Counted from the first letter of the whole stretch, positions 1 through 12,520 are shown. The stretch: 63,281 nt of DNA, filler included, from Octopus bimaculoides (GCF_001194135.2; 6 parts of 5 records of this genome joined end to end with filler, not necessarily neighbours in it), one strand, 5' to 3'. Made by a program: numbers and translations. Notes: generated from the sequence alone by a model not told the origin.

Positions 1-125
1 TCCTCACTTTTCCATGCACACACACACACACACACATTCACTCATGCATACCTGGATCCACGCATAAATAACCATGCCAGCAAAGAAAAGAAACATATGT
101 TAAAACCTTGATGAGGTTGCATAAT

Positions 126-159
<34 letters not shown>

Positions 160-474
160 TATATATATCGTCATGGCCTGCAGGTTGATGGTCTGGTCTG
201 GTCTGGTCTGGTGGTGGTGGTGGTGGTGGTGGTGGTGACTTGTTGAGCTGATGAATGAAAATGTGTGTCTTGGGTTGTGTGAAGAAGTAACTGAACAACA
301 ACACCCAGAAATATTTAACAGAAAATTTTTATCATCACACCTAAAGACAAACTGTGTGGGCCTTTTACAGATTAGAACAGCAATAATTGCCTCTGGAAGA
401 AAGATACTGCTTAGAGTTTATGGAAAGCTATCGTTATGGCAACCTGCAGCTTGCGCAACATAACTGGAAACACA

Positions 475-545
475 GGCATATGGCATAATGGTTAAGAGCG
501 CAAGCTACTAACCCCAAGATTCCGAGTTCAATTCAAGGCAGTGAC
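475..545 (+). mobile_element. tRNA-derived (Pol III) SINE-like head
   Basis: A-box-like TGGCATAATGG (481-491), anticodon-loop-like GCTACTAAC, B-box-like GAGTTCAATTC (524-534); acceptor and T stems do not close, so not a functional tRNA. Confidence 0.7.
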
Positions 546-917
546 ATCATCATCATCATCATCGTTTAATGTTCACTTTACATGCTAGCATGGGTTTGAC
601 GATTTGAACCAGATGGCTGCACCAGGCTCTAATCTGATCTGGCAGAGTTTCTACAGCTGGATGCCCTTCCTAACGCCAACCACTCAGAGGGTGTAGTGGG
701 TGCTTTTACGTGCCACCAGCACGAAGGCCAGTCAGGCGGTACTGGCAACGGCCACACTCAAAATGGTGTATTTTATGTGCCACTTGCACAGGAGCCAGTC
801 CAGCAGCACTAGCAACGATCTCGCTTGAATGTCGGGCACAAGTGCCATCACGATTTCACTTTCATTTGCTCCAACAGGTCTTCGCAAGCCGAGTTTCATG
901 TCCAATGAAGGAGACGA
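546..917 (-). mobile_element. 5'-truncated RTE-clade LINE 3' UTR with (GAT)n tail
   Basis: (CAT)n at 546-563, then GGCAGAGTTTCTACAGCTGGATGCCCTTCCTAACGCCAACCACTCAGAG, shared with 17061-17266 and 59070-59400; the latter is joined to the RTE ORF C-terminus sequence. Confidence 0.8.
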
Positions 918-986
<69 letters not shown>

Positions 987-988
<2 letters not shown>

Positions 989-1165
989 TTGAAAAATACC
1001 TTAGGAATAAGAACCCAGGTTCAAAATTTCCTCCGGACACCTGATAAAGGCTGAAGGGTATATCAGCCGAAACTTTGTGTTAACAACAAACAAGATGAGG
1101 ACAAATATCTGTCAAATGTAAATAATGTAAATAATGTATATAATTTCTCATCTCTTAAATATAGA
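987..1165 (+). mobile_element. Penelope-like pseudo-LTR fragment following an (AAT)n tract
   Basis: Contains CCTGATAAAGGCTGA..TCAGCCGAAAC and an AT-rich tail; this layout is typical of PLE terminal repeats. Confidence 0.6.
1036..1082 (+). ncRNA. Minimal type I hammerhead ribozyme motif (mutated copy)
   Basis: Stem I GACAC/GTGTT, core CTGATAA (G8>A vs CUGANGA), bulged A, stem II GGCTGA/TCAGCC, GAAAC, then TTT where GUH is expected. Confidence 0.6.
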
Positions 1166-1509
1166 AGTGTATTATAACTGGGAACAGTTGTGCTATATCT
1201 GTGGCAATGGAGGTTCCTGTCATATATCTGCACCATCTGTCTTAGCTGCCTTCCTGAGTTCTCTGGTTGGTAAAAATGTGTGCCAAATGGTTTTTATAGG
1301 GGACCAGAATTCAAGTTCTAGAATGTTCAAGAATATCTATCTACACCATTGTTTCTTCATGCTGATTGGTCAGTTAGTTGACCAATCACGTGAAACTATG
1401 CTGGTTTGTTCATGATGTCCAACTGTGTATCCAGGTATTTGGTTTCAAAACCTGGCTACATTTTATTTATATTTATATACACATATAACTTATTAGGAAG
1501 TGTTACTCT

Positions 1510-1700
1510 AGAGGAGATGTATTATGATTTTGTACCAGAGAGAAGTATGGTTGGTGGTCTCTTCCTAATAAGGTAACTGTTGGAGAAGTATTAGCTAAAA
1601 GTAAACCATTGTACCTGTCTTTCTTTGCCCAGGAGAAAGCCTTTGATAGGGTCACTTTCTCTGTGATCTAGTGGTCTCTGAAGATGCTATGATTCAATGA
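1510..1700 (+). mobile_element. Degenerate RTE reverse-transcriptase fragment
   Basis: Translates ...FLIR*LLEKYLAKSKPLYLSFFAQEKAFDRV, collinear with the RT at 61620-61880 (KYLAKDKPLYLAFVDMEKAFDRI). Confidence 0.7.
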
Positions 1701-2044
1701 AAGGCTTCTGCATCTGGTGGTGAGGTGCCTATTTGGGAGTTCTGGGGTTGTGGAGAGTATGGTGTTATCCCTTAGCTACCATTAATTACCATTACTCTCA
1801 GGTCTTTTCTGACCCAGAATGGTAGTACAGATTTTTGAAAAAGGTAGATTGAGCTCCTTCATAGTGGTGAAGTAATCAATCTAGAAGGTAAACTCTAAAA
1901 CTAATACCTTCTTCCAGTATTTCCTGAGCCAGCACAGAAACATATGGCTGATGAAACTAGCATGAGGTTTGCCCAATTATGTAAAACCATAATGTTGGTG
2001 CACACTCTGCTATATGAGGAAATAGCAGGAAATGATAATGATGG

Positions 2045-2245
2045 TGAAACCTTTGTATCTGGCTTTCTTTGCCCTGGAGAAATCCTTTGATAGGGTCACT
2101 TCTTTTGGGATCTTGTGGTCCCTGAGGAAGCTAGGGGTAGATAAATGGCTTGTGAGAGACATGCAAGACTCGTACAGAGGTACTGTCAGTAAGGTGAGAA
2201 TTAGCAACAAATATCACAATGAATTTAATGAAGAGGTATCGGTCC
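2045..2245 (+). mobile_element. Degenerate RTE reverse-transcriptase fragment (second copy)
   Basis: ORF 2032-2367: KPLYLAFFALEKSFDRV...WSLRKLGVDKWLVR...YRGTVSKVRISNKYHNEF, matches RTE RT. Confidence 0.75.
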
Positions 2246-2274
2246 CCAAAGCTTGGCTTGTAATTGCCTTGAAC

Positions 2275-2452
2275 TCAAAATGCTTAATGGCATTTTGCCT
2301 GTCTTTAAGTTCTGATTTCAAATTCTTCCAATGTCGGATTTGCCTTTCATCCTTTCAAGATCAATAAAATAAGTACCAGTTGAGTACTGGGGTTGATGTA
2401 ATTGACTTACCTCTCCTCACCAAATTGCTGGCCTTGTGCCAAAATTCTAAAC
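2275..2452 (+). mobile_element. SINE family B, head-truncated copy
   Basis: TTTGCCTTTCATCCTTTC...AATAAGTACCAGTTGAGTACTGGGGTTGATGTAATTGACTTAC shared with about ten other copies in the window. Confidence 0.75.
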
Positions 2453-2924
2453 CAAATTGTTCATAAAACCAGAATTCCGTGATGGCTATGATTACTTTTG
2501 AATTTGCATTGTATTCAAAGATTAAGTTTGGAATTTTATTTACGATGTTTCTAAAAATGAAAAAGAATGAATTTAATCACACTATTCAATTCAAGATGTA
2601 GTTTAGAAATCCAAGTTTTTCCAAACATGAATTAATAGAAGAGAAGCACCAATTCTTGTAGCACTGGCAACAAACAATCTTATCATTTCGAATGACGACT
2701 TCATTCTCACCCCCTGCTGTGATGTTTCTTCAATTCTTCATGGAATATTTCTATATTTCATCACTCTGTCATTCAAGAAAAATCATATTTTTATAAGCAT
2801 AAAATTTAAAACATGAATTTAAAACATTCCAATCGTGACACATTCACAAAAATGCTTTACTTAAAAATTCAAATTGTTAGTTCAAGTAATCATCAGAAAA
2901 ATATGTTTTTTGTTTTTTTTGTAG

Positions 2925-3120
2925 GAGGTATATGTTGTGCTTGAAGGTGCATGCCTTAGGGGTAAAGCGTTGCACTCGTGATTGCAAGATTGTGATTTCA
3001 ATTCTTGGGCTAGGCAATACATAATGTTCTTGAGCAAAACATTTCACTTCACACCACTTCAGTCCACTCAGCTGCAAATAGATAACCCTGTAATACACTG
3101 GTGTCCTGTTTAGGGAGAAT
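2925..3120 (+). mobile_element. SINE family C, degenerate
   Basis: GTTCTTGAGCAAAACATTTCACTTCAC...CAGTCCACTCAGCTG matches the reverse complement of the copies at 13133-13634. Confidence 0.7.
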
Positions 3121-3269
3121 CTTGTGATCTCAGTCAATTATACACCATGGAAATTAAGTAACTGACCCTTTGAATCCTAGAACTTGAGTCAGTCTAGAGC
3201 TGACCCTTTGAGTCCTAGAACTTGGAGTCAGTGCTCAATACTGTACATTGTGATGGACAGCCATCATAA

Positions 3270-3420
3270 AAAGTTTTAGCAAAAGCTTAAATTAATTTTC
3301 AGGACCTTTGGTTCAAGGTTTTGCTTCCATGCCTGGAATTTTTTCTCTAGTTCTACTACATATTCTGTTATAAAAGCAAGACCATCAGCCAAATATATAT
3401 TCATTATATTAAAGGCTATT
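3270..3420 (-). mobile_element. Degenerate RTE RT fragment around the YADD motif
   Basis: LADGLAFITEYVVELEKKFQAWKQNLEPKVLKINL aligns to YADDLALIAKSLSELEKFQVWKQRLESKGLRVNL at about 61400-61503. Confidence 0.7.
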
Positions 3421-3645
3421 ACTACATGTAAATGCCTCATGCTGTAAGGGACTCTTAAATTCAAAACTACTTCACAACTATCACAAAATGTCAAGATGCA
3501 AGTAATAGCCCTTAATATAATGAATGTATTTATATTTAAAAGGAATAATTATATATTTTGTATAAATTTTTCCCTTAACTGGTTTTTCACGCTGGCTACT
3601 TGATAAATTCTTATATAGATTTTTATCCTTATATTTAACACACAT

Positions 3646-3691
<46 letters not shown>

Positions 3692-3744
3692 ACACACGTA
3701 CGCACACACACACACACACACACATATATACATAACAACATGCT

Positions 3745-3895
3745 TCTTTCAGTTTCTGTCTACCAAATCCACTTACAAGGCTTTGGTCAGCCTGAGGCTA
3801 TAGTAGAAGACACTTGCCAAGGTGCCACACAGTGGGACTGAACCCGGAACCATGTGGTCGGAAAGCATACCTCTTTCCACACAATCATGCCTGCA
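3745..3895 (-). mobile_element. SINE family A, 5' half
   Basis: Reverse complement of 40121-40280 (GGCACCTTGGCAAGTGTCTTCTACTATAGCCTC...). Confidence 0.8.
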
Positions 3896-4148
3896 TCTAT
3901 AGCCATACTTGTACCTATTATTATTAACTATTTTTTTTTCCCCCAAGTCTGAAATGTGCTTCCTTAAACTGTCCTACTCGAATGACAGAACAATGGCAGT
4001 CATACAAAATGTGATCTGCAGGGAGGGACTCAATATACAGACCATGCACATTAGTCATTTCTGCTGAGGGATAATCTCACAAATAGTATCATGGGGTGCA
4101 CACTATCCAATTTCCCCCATCGACAACATCTAACTGTGCTCGAGGGCC

Positions 4149-4419
4149 TACGAAATAGTCTGCAGTAAATGTGGTGCATCTTATATAGGGAGCACCACCA
4201 GGAAATGGCATATTTGAATAAAAGAACATATGCACACAGACACTTCAATTTTAAAAAAAACACCTAAAGAAGTGCAAGACCCAGGAATTTAACCCATCCA
4301 TCTGGGCCACTCACTACAATAGGGGCAATCTCAGAATCATGGAGGCCCTCCTTATCGACAAATTGAGACCAGCCATGAACAACAGGAAGGAACTATATGA
4401 AGTAGACTGGTTGCTATAG
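4149..4419 (+). pseudogene. Penelope-like element GIY-YIG endonuclease remnant
   Basis: YEIVCSKCGASYIGSTTRKWHI*IKEH...IMEALLIDKLRPAMNN: CxxC, YIG, R.KEH, catalytic E and C-terminal N of PLE GIY-YIG; one in-frame stop. Confidence 0.85.
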
Positions 4420-4520
4420 CAACACCAGTCCATGCATGTCACTTTCCTCCTTCCTCCCACTTCCTCCTTCACCCCCACCCACATTTGGTTAACAACTTTT
4501 CCATTCTTTGCTTTTAACAA

Positions 4521-4561
4521 ATATCCTGAAGAAGGGGTTATAACCCCAAAATGTAGAAATA
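4521..4561 (+). ncRNA. Minimal hammerhead motif in the 3' pseudo-LTR of the Penelope remnant (mutated)
   Basis: ATATC-CTGAAGA-A-GGGGTTA/TAACCCC-AAAA(for GAAA)-TGTA-GAAAT, about 100 bp downstream of the GIY-YIG stop codon. Confidence 0.65.
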
Positions 4562-5444
4562 CAAAGTAAGACTGTAGCTTTGTTTTCTCTTGTTTTCTTT
4601 TCCTTTTCCTTTTGTACTTTACTTTGTACTTTCTCACATTGTTCCTGCTTTACACAACAAATCTTTTCAGAAACTTCTTTTTTTTTATTTTAATTAAATT
4701 TTTTTTTTTAATTCTACTTAAAAACTGTCAAAATAATTTTTCAGAAATTTTCATAAAGTTGATCATTAAAGTTTAGTTTTTTTTCATTTCTTTACCTAAA
4801 ACTATTGCAGAAATTATTTTAACAGTAGTTCTAATTCAGATTCTTTTATGGTTAACTTTTTTCTTCATTATGCAATCAAAATTGTGTTCCTCTGTCTAAT
4901 ATTAAATTAAGAAAATTGAAATGGTCTGTAAGCACTTTAAAATTGCACAAAATGTCCTAGAAATTAGACAAAAGATGGAAGAAAGGACTCCCAGTCAACT
5001 AAATAAAGCTAAAATGGTCTAGAATAGTTTGAAAATTGCATAACCTTAGAGAAAAGGATATTTTTGTAACTGAAAGACAAATTTTAGAGTCAAATTCTAT
5101 AATCCATTTATGGAACAACATTAGGTCACATTTAACTTCAAAATCAAAAATACCAAGTTTGCTTTCCAATAATGAAATTTTATCAGATTCATTAAGTAAG
5201 GTTGACATATTCAATGGGTTTTGGTTTGTTATTTGTTTTGTTTTTTGTTTTTGCTTTGATTTTATTTTGTTAATGGAGTTGATTTTATTAATGGAGCTAA
5301 TAATGAAAATAAAATTCCTTTTTCATTCTTTCTTCTGTTATTGTTACTGTGTAGGAACATATTCCAAAATAGCATTCTACATTTGCAACAGAAATTATTT
5401 ATATTCCTCTGGCATTTATCAAAGAAATATTCTTTCCTACTCTA

Positions 5445-5645
5445 AGCACAAGGCCTGAAGTTTTGGGGGAGAGGGGTGCAGTCGATTAGATCGACCCCAG
5501 TGCGTAACTGATACTTAATTTATCAACCCTGGAAGGATGAAAGGCAAAGTCAACCTTGGCGAAATTTGAACTCAGAATGTAGTGGCAAACGAAATACCGC
5601 TAAGCGTTTCATCCTGCGTATTAATGACTCTGCCAGTTCACCACC

Positions 5646-5646
<1 letters not shown>
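5445..5646 (-). mobile_element. SINE family B
   Basis: Reverse complement of the AAGGCGGCGAGCTGGCAGA-type head, B box GAGTTCAAATT and the shared central domain; abuts (AAT)n. Confidence 0.85.
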
Positions 5647-5692
<46 letters not shown>

Positions 5693-5720
5693 TATAATTA
5701 TAATAATAATAATGAGGATG

Positions 5721-5752
<32 letters not shown>

Positions 5753-5759
5753 CTTTTAT

Positions 5760-5962
5760 ATTCAAGGCAAAAAGCCTGAAATTTTGGGGGAGGGGGCTAG
5801 TTGATTAGATGGAACCCAGTATGTAATTGGTACTTAATTTATTGACCCCAAAAGGATGAAAGGCAAAGTTGACCTTGGCGGAATTTGAACTCAGAACGCA
5901 AAGACAGACGAAATATTGCTAAGTATTTCAGCTGGCATGCTAACATTTCTGCCAGCTCCCTG
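5760..5962 (-). mobile_element. SINE family B (tandem with 5445-5646, separated by (AAT)n)
   Basis: Same consensus and orientation; its (ATT)n tail is the intervening microsatellite. Confidence 0.85.
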
Positions 5963-6069
5963 TCTTCATGATCAAAGGAAATATTTCATATTTAACGTAC
6001 AAGCAAGGCTGTGTGATTAAGAAACTTACTTTTCAGCCATGTGGTTTCAGGTTCAGTCCCACTGTAAGG

Positions 6070-6129
<60 letters not shown>

Positions 6130-7189
6130 CAAGCTGGCAAACAGATAGACAGACAGAAAGACAAGCAGAGAGAGAGTGGGAGAATAAGAATAATGAGTGC
6201 CTATATGTATGTCAGTGAGAGAGAATGAAAGAGAGAGTGAAAGAGTGAAGGCTGCTCCCTTTACTCCTGTGTCAACAATAAACTTCTCAGCAAGATCCCA
6301 GTCCTAATTCTTTCAAGAATGTTTTCAATTTCTCCAGGGTCACACAAGGAGGATGGGGGGGAGGGGAATCTGTTGAACTACAATGAGTAACGATGAAGGG
6401 AGGGGGAGGGTAGTAACAGTGGTCAGGGTTTATAGGAAGGGGGTTTAAAAAAATTGTGGTAGTGGGGGTTGTGCTTCTGATGATTATGGTGATGGTGGTG
6501 GTGGTAGTGGTGGTGATTGGAGTGTTGGTGGTATTGGTAATAGTGTTTGTGGGAGAAGAGGATGGTAGTAGTAGTAGTAGTAGTAGCAGATTTTTTACTG
6601 TCTTTTAAAAAATGCATATTTTGCAAATGAAAAAAACTAGATCCTTCAACTCCATTAGGCACCCATGTTTTAAAAAATCCTATTAAATTAAATATTATTT
6701 CGAATTGTATATAAAAAAATTATCAAAATTCTTTATGCATCATGGAAGTATAACTAATTTAGTGCTCATAAAATTTAGCAACGAAATTTTATCAAGGTAT
6801 TGGTCACTCTTTGACAGGTTAATGGTCAAGCCTGTGACAGTTGAGACCTCCTGCATTCTTGGCCTCTGGACCATTATCCCTGCTCACCGCAATTGGGGTG
6901 GAGATTATTGTGCGCTAGCGTGAGCCAGCATGGCTGTTCCACCATGTCTCTTTTGCTATCCTCCGGGGTACAACACCTTTTTCATTTTTTCTATTGATGC
7001 CATCAGAAATGTTTCTATATCATGAGAGGCAAGATCCTTCGTTAACCCCACCAAGGATCCACATGACTCTCAGGGGTTAACAGAGAATCTGTCAATATCT
7101 ATCTATCTATTTATCTATCCATGCATCCATCCATGAATCCATCCATGCATCCATGCATCCATCCATCCATCCATCCATCTATCTATCTA

Positions 7190-7236
<47 letters not shown>

Positions 7237-7471
7237 NNNNNNNNNNNNNNNNNNNNNNNNNNNNNNNNNNNNNNNNNNNNNNNNNNNNNNNNNNNNNNNN
7301 ATATGCATATATATATATATGCATGTCTATCTATCTATCTATCTATCTATCCCTCCCTCCCTCTATCTATCTATCTATCTGTCTATCCATATCCATTCAT
7401 CCATCCTTCTTTCCTTTCTTCTTTCTTTCTTTCTTTCTTTCAATCCATCCATTCATCCCTATCTTTCTCTT

Positions 7472-7511
<40 letters not shown>

Positions 7512-9443
7512 TCTCTCTCTCTCTATTTATCTATCTATCTATCTCCCTATCTCTCTATCTGTCTGTCTGTCAGTCTGTTTGTGTCCACTGTCTATGTGGA
7601 CCCATGGGGGTCCTGAACTAAACTCTTCAAGGCTTGGTGCCCCAGCATGACCATTGTCCAGCAACTGAAACAAGTGCAAAAGATAAATACATTCAACCTT
7701 ATTCCATTTTTTTTGTTTTTTATGATGGTGATAGAAATGTGGGAGGTTGGGGGGGGGGAAGCTCCCTACTGTTAGGCTGTACAGGTGGGTGTGTTAGGCA
7801 TTGTTAAGAAGTAGGGGAATTAAGGTGAGAGAGTGTTAATGGAAGGAGGGGACAGGGGTGGGACAACAGATTACTTAGCTCTGTGATAATGTACAGAAGC
7901 TGTTAGTATCTATTTTCTCTACTTCCACCCTGCCCCACCATCAACACATCGGAAGCGAGGGGGTGGGGGAGTAGGTAGGTATGGTGGTGGTGGTGGTGGT
8001 TGACATATCTTACTAACCTGAAGATGACTANNNNNNNNNNNNNNNNNNNNNNNNNNNNNNNNNNNNNNNNNNNNNNNNNNNNNNNNNNNNNNNNNNNNNN
8101 NNNNNNNNNNNNNNNNNNNNNNNNNNNNNNNNNNNNNNNNNNNNNNNNNNNNNNNNNNNNNNNNNNNNNNNNNNNNNNNNNNNNNNNNNNNNNNNNNNNN
8201 NNNNNNNNNNNNNNNNNNNNNNNNNNNNNNNNNNNNNNNNNNNNNNNNNNNNNNNNNNNNNNNNNNNNNNNNNNNNNNNNNNNNNNNNNNNNNNNNNNNN
8301 NNNNNNNNNNNNNNNNNNNNNNNNNNNNNNNNNNNNNNNNNNNNNNNNNNNNNNNNNNNNNNNNNNNNNNNNNNNNNNNNNNNNNNNNNNNNNNNNNNNN
8401 NNNNNNNNNNNNNNNNNNNNCACCATCATTACTACCACCACCACCACCACCACCACCACTACCACTACCATTTCTACCACCTCTACCACCACCACCACCA
8501 TCTATCATCACCACCAACACTACTGCCACCACTGAGTTGACAGGTGTAAATAGAAAAAAAAACCCAACTAGACATACGTATCATAAGCACACACAGATAT
8601 ACATACATGTGTATGTATATGTGTATCTGTGTTTGTGTATGCATGTATATCACAAATACACAAAAGAGAGAGAGAGAGAGATACATTCCCTCTCCCCATC
8701 ACCCATTTTACATGCATATACATAAAACATACAGGGTACATACATGAGTAAATGCTTGATAAAAAATTAGATCAATAAAAACACTCCCTTTTACACAATC
8801 ATATCTTAGTACCCCACCTACCCCCACTCCCAAATACAAAAACAACATATTTACACACACTGATACATACACACATACACCTGTGTGTATGTATATATAT
8901 ATATATATNNNNNNNNNNNNNNNNNNNNNNNNNNNNNNNNNNNNNNNNNNNNNNNNNNNNNNNNNNNNNNNNNNNNNNNNNNNNNNNNNNNNNNNNNNNN
9001 NNNNNNNNNNNNNNNNNNNNNNNNNNNNNNNNNNNNNNNNNNNNNNNNNNNNNNNNNNNNNNNNNNNNNNNNNNNNNNNNNNNNNNNNNNNNNNNNNNNN
9101 NNNNNNNNNNNNNNNNNNNNNNNNNNNNNNNNNNNNNNNNNNNNNNNNNNNNNNNNNNNNNNNNNNNNNNNNNNNNNNNNNNNNNNNNNNNNNNNNNNNN
9201 NNNNNNNNNNNNNNNNNNNNNNNNNNNNNNNNNNNNNNNNNNNNNNNNNNNNNNNNNNNNNNNNNNNNNNNNNNNNNNNNNNNNNNNNNNNNNNNNNNNN
9301 NNNNNNNNNNNNNNNNNNNNNNNNNNNNNNNNNNNNNNNNNNNNNNNNNNNNNNNNNNNNNNNNNNNNNNNNNNNNNNNNNNNNNNNNNNNNNNNNNNNN
9401 NNNNNNNNNNNNNNNNNNNNNNNNNNNNNNNNNNNNTATATAT

Positions 9444-9490
<47 letters not shown>

Positions 9491-10329
9491 GATAGATAGA
9501 AAGATAGATAGATAGAAAGATAGATAGATAAATATAGATATTTATATATATATAATACAAATAACATATGAGTATATGCATATATACGTACATGTATGTA
9601 CATACCTACATCTACATGTATATATAGATGCATATCTGGGTACAGGACATTGCAAAAACAACGTGGACAAAATGATAAACAGAGTACAGAAAACACACAG
9701 GCCACATAGAGAACATTTCCTTCATCAGCTGCCACACATATATATACATATGTGTGTGTGTGTGTGTGTGTGTGTGTATACACTCTTTTACATTGTGCAT
9801 TAAGTTTGATAACAACCCTGGCGACTTCTTTGTTGAAGATGAAATGAATTGTATACCATATTTGATGGCCTCTAAAATGCACAATTTTTCCCCGACAAAA
9901 AAGCAAAGTCTGGAAATATCACCCCAGGCCCAATATACAAAGTAGGGCCACCTATCAGCTAGTTTTTCTTCCTGACACTCACTACTATGGGCTAATTGGG
10001 GTTACAGCTAACAAGCCTGTGCATCTTTTATGCCATCAGACATGGCATTTTTTGGACAACAACAAACAGGTTTATTGAATCTAATCTGTCATCTATTAAA
10101 GCACAGCAGACAAGATTTAGTGAATCTCCAGGAATATATATACAGCATTTTTATCTCGAGAATGTTTTAGTACATTCCGTTGTATTCCCCAATCATATTT
10201 GCTGCATTCTCATATGGCAGTCCTCATTACTTTTTGAAATTAATTTTGCAGACTCTCTTATCCTACTACCATATCTGCCATACTCCCACCATTTTGTAAT
10301 TTTGCAACTCTGGCAAAGTTAGAAAAGTA

Positions 10330-10562
10330 ATACATCCTATATCATGTGATCATGTGATCAACCAGACTATTGGATGTTGTTATACATCACTGATTACAAT
10401 GCACTTTGCATTGTTTTTTAGCTTTCAAATGATGCTGCCCTGCTGGCTAGGCAAGCAGACCACCATCCCTTACTGATCAAAAAGTTATTTCAGCACAGGG
10501 TGACCCATTTACAGCTGAGTAGACTGGAGCAATGTGAAATGAAGTGTTTTGCTCAGAAACAC
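10330..10562 (-). mobile_element. SINE family C-related fragment
   Basis: CAGCTGAGTAGACTGGAGCAATGTGAAATGAAGTGTTTTGCTCAGAAACACA matches 13250-13295. Confidence 0.6.
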
Positions 10563-10727
10563 ATTGAACTTCGTGGATTTTGTTGCTTTAATTGTTGATT
10601 TCAGTCCAGTAACATTCATATCCATATATCTTCCAGTGTTTCTCTGGATTGAGATTCCAGACTCTGTTGTTTCAGTAGTAGAGGCAACAGGATGTGATTG
10701 TTTTGCACTTTACTGGCTACCTTGGAT

Positions 10728-11222
10728 TTGTGGATCCTTACTTGCTGCAGGTGGATTCTTGTTGGTGCTGGGCCCTCACATGTTGCTGGGGGATCCTTGC
10801 TGATCTTGGGCTCTTACATGTTGCTGGTGAATCATTACTTGTTGCTGGTGGATCCTTACTTGTTGCTAGTGGATCCTTGTTGGTGCTGGGCCTTCACATG
10901 TTGCTGGGGGATCCTTGCTAATCTTGGACCCTTACATGTTGCTGGTGGATCCTTACTTGTTGCTGATGGATCCTTACTCATTGCGGGTGGGTCCTTATTT
11001 GTTGCTGGTGGATCCTTACTTGTGACTGGTGGATCCTTACTTGTTGGTGCTGGGCCCTTACATGTTGCTGGTGGATCTTTACTTATTGATGATGGATCGT
11101 TACTTGTTGCCAGTAGATCTTTACTTGTCGGTAGATCCTTACTTATGGCTGGTGGATTATTACTTGTTGCTGGTGGATCCTTGTTGGTGTTGGTTTATAT
11201 TGGTTGCTGGTGGATCCTTATT
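10728..11222. repeat. 21-bp minisatellite (GGTGGATCCTTACTTGTTGCT) with higher-order duplication
   Basis: About 20 variant units; a longer block containing GTTGGTGCTGGGCC..CACATGTTGCTGGGGGATCCTTGCT occurs twice (about 10760-10830 and 10880-10950). Confidence 0.9.
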
Positions 11223-11756
11223 TGTTATGTATTGATATATCAAGTGTAGATACTTTTTGAAGTTACTCTTTAATTTGTTGCTTTATTAAAACTTTTATTA
11301 AAACTCTTAAATGTTTTCTTCGTTCTAAACTTGAAAACAATGAAAATTCATGACTAAATTTAATTATCTCTTACTCTAGATTGAACCTGAAACCACATGG
11401 TTGGAAAACAGACTTGGTAACCACACAGTTATATCTGTGCCTATTACAGAAACACACACACATAGATGCATATATTATGTATATACATGTGTGTGTGTTG
11501 TGTATTGTGTATATATTCTTGATTAATGTTCATACACAGTTAGGATGGTATCTATATACTCACATGTGCGTATAAGTGTATATCGACATCTGAATATACA
11601 TTTCTATTTGTGTATGAGCCTATGTATTTGTGGTGTGTGTGTGTGTGTGTGTATGTGCGTGTGTGAAAGATATATATACATATATACACACACACACACA
11701 CACATATATATANNNNNNNNNNNNNNNNNNNNNNNNNNNNNNNNNNNNNNNNNNNN

Positions 11757-11768
11757 TTAATTAATTAA
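11757..11768. other. Synthetic scaffold spacer TTAATTAATTAA (also 17311, 24982, 52573, 58848)
   Basis: Identical palindromic all-frame-stop 12-mer embedded between N runs, five times. Confidence 0.95.
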
Positions 11769-12281
11769 NNNNNNNNNNNNNNNNNNNNNNNNNNNNNNNN
11801 NNNNNNNNNNNNTATATATATATATATATATATATATTTATACATATGTGTGTGTTGAGTTTGTGTATGCATGTGTTAGTATGTGTGTTTGTCTGATTGT
11901 GTGTTTGTGTGCATGTGTGTGTGTGCATGTGTGTGTGTGCACACACACACGTGCATGCATGCATGTGTGCATGTGTGTAAATCTACAAAATAGGTGGGAG
12001 ATTCTAAAGTTGCCAAAATTTTATATACTTTCATTTTTGTCAATGACATTTTACTATGTTTTTTTTGTTTTTTTCTTTTTGTTTTTCTTTTCTTTCTTCA
12101 ATTTTCAAGCATGAATATTAAAATGATATATTTAATGTTTAATTTTGTCTATTCCACTACAATCTTGTTTATTTTAAATCTTAAGATTGATACTATGTTG
12201 ACGGACATACATATTAATGTGTGTATATTGGTAATTCATAAAATTGTATATATAAGTATACAATACTGTCTGAAAAGACAG

Positions 12282-12331
<50 letters not shown>

Positions 12332-12486
12332 CTATATATACATGTATATATATATATATATATTTGTGTATGTATGTGAATATATACACACACACACACA
12401 TACATACATATATATTCATATATATATATAAATATATATATATACACACACATATATATACACACACATATATATACACACACTTG

Positions 12487-12520
<34 letters not shown>

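Noticed and set aside
475-545. Possible tRNA gene (likewise the SINE heads at 13.3, 32.8 and 40.1 kb)
   Set aside because: A/B boxes are present but the cloverleaf does not close, and they continue into repeat bodies.
6340-6420. G-rich tracts with G-quadruplex potential (also about 7740-7870)
   Set aside because: Generic low-complexity G runs with no supporting context.
7032-7090. Short hairpin GTTAACCCC/GGGGTTAAC
   Set aside because: Only 9 bp perfect, with no second copy seen; compatible with chance.
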